From Rhina ancylostomus (lineage: Eukaryota): 64,000 bases of DNA. Below, in pieces: positions 62,615 to 64,000 of the stretch; within the stretch, counting starts at the first letter, position 1, and each line of letters opens with the position of its first letter. A program made the position numbers and the translations under genes. Under the pieces are notes generated by a model. It saw only the letters and a list, made by a program, of their open reading frames with translations. It did no database searches and was not told the origin of the DNA. The stretch covers positions 15,157,360-15,221,359 of the forward strand of contig JARFYF010000054.1 of NCBI GenBank assembly GCA_030265395.1, given 5' to 3'.

Positions 62615-63325
62615 GATAATTTTTAAAATGGGGAGAGATTGAAAACCATTGGTATCCTCGTACATGAATTAGTGAAAGTTAACAGGTGGGTACAACAAAC
62701 GGTAAGGAAGGCAAATAGTGCATTGTCTACTACTGCCAGAGGATTTGAGTACAAGTGTACAGACATCTTAGTCTAATTAAATAGATATTTAGTGAGATGG
62801 CACCTGGAAAATTGCACTTAGTTCTGATCTCTCTATCCAAGGGAAGATGTGCTTGCCGTCAAGGAACACCCGAAGGTTCACTGGTTTGCCATAGGAGAGA
62901 CTGAGCAGACATGGCCTATACACTTCTGAGTTTAGAAGAATGAGAGATGATCTCTTTGAAAAATAAAATTCTTATGAGGTTGAGAGGGTAGATCTGGAGT
63001 AGATGTTTCCAGTGGTTGAGGTTCCTGGAAACAGAGGTCAGTCTCAAAATAAGGGGTCAATCATTCAGGACAAAGAAGAAATTTCTTCACACATTGGGCA
63101 AAGTATCTTTGGAATTCTCTGCTTAAAGAGGGCTGGGGAGACTCAGCCAGCAAGTCGATAGAAGACAAAGATTAATAGGTTTTTAGATATTACGGGTACC
63201 AAAGGATAAGAGGTTAGTGCAAGAAAGTGACACTGAAACAAAAGATCAGCCATGATCTGATTGAATGGAGGAACAGGCATGAGGAGCCAAATGGCCTCCT
63301 CCTGCTCCTGTTTTTTATGTTCTTG
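62615..63325 (+). mobile_element. Old CR1 LINE 3' fragment
   Basis: agaaatttcttcacaca...tttggaattctctg; tail gatcagccatgatctgattgaatggaggaacaggc...tggcctcctcctgctcct. Confidence 0.8.
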
Positions 63326-63434
63326 TACATAGCAAAACCAATAATCTGCTATCCGGAAATACCAATGGTACAGCATGTGATCACCGAGGAATGCTTGCTG
63401 TCCACTCATTGGTTTCCTGGTTCCCACACTCCCT

Positions 63435-64000
63435 TTACACTCAGCTGGTTCTGAAAGGGATAGCTGAAGAGATTGTGGGAGGCATTAGTAGTGATCTTTC
63501 AAGAATCACTGCAGTCAGGGAGGGTCCCAGAGGACTGGAAAATTGCAAATATAACGCCCCTGTTTAAGAAGGGAGGGAGACAAAAGACAGGAAATTATAG
63601 GCTGATTACCCTGACCTCAGAGATTGGTGAGATTCCAGACTCCATTATTAAGAATGAAATTTAGGTGTACTTGGAAGTACAGGATAAAATAGGACAAAGT
63701 CAGCATGGTTTCATTAAGGGGAGATCTTGCCTGACAAATCTGTGGGGTCTCTTTAAGGAGGTAACAAGCTGGTTAGACAAAAGGAGAGTCAATGGACATC
63801 ATTTACTTGGATTTACAGAAGGCCTTTGACAAGGCGGTGCACATGAAGCTGCTGAACAAGATAAGAACCCATAGTGTTAGAGGCAAGGTACCAGCATGGA
63901 TAGAAGATTGGCTGACAGGCAGAAGTCAGAGAGTGGGGATAAAGGGCTACTTTTCAGGATGGCTGCCAGTGACTAGTGGAGTTCACAGGGGTCAGTGTTG
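63435..64000 (+). mobile_element. CR1 LINE reverse-transcriptase region (runs off window)
   Basis: IFQESLQSGRVPEDWKIANITPLFKKGGRQKTGNYR, SQHGFIKGRSCLTNL, YLDLQKAFDK; disrupted by stops/frameshifts. Confidence 0.92.

Noticed and set aside
63435-64000. Functional reverse transcriptase gene
   Set aside because: CR1 ORF2 relic with in-frame stops and frameshifts.

Overview
Vertebrate genomic DNA from a gapped draft assembly; the repeat content (CR1/HER1-like LINEs, V-SINEs, Deu-SINEs, Penelope-like elements) points to a cartilaginous fish (inference). Two genes converge tail-to-tail. On +, the 3' end of MYO18A: a penultimate coding exon (272-379) that can splice in frame either to a long Ser-rich, gamma-type terminal exon (762-2145) or to the canonical short terminal exon (4875-5022). 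On -, exons 2-8 of PIPOX (62120 to 24165, 351 codons, all GT-AG, frame-continuous); exon 1 lies beyond the window. The rest is intronic/intergenic DNA rich in decayed retroelements. The most unusual signals come from a family of short Penelope-derived, often fold-back insertions. They carry minimal hammerhead-ribozyme cores with covarying stem II, one copy has two in tandem, and three of their target-site duplications show the same left-TG/right-CA discordance. No CRISPR array, rRNA, tRNA gene or other intact gene was seen. Repeat family names come from motif recall and repeat boundaries are approximate.
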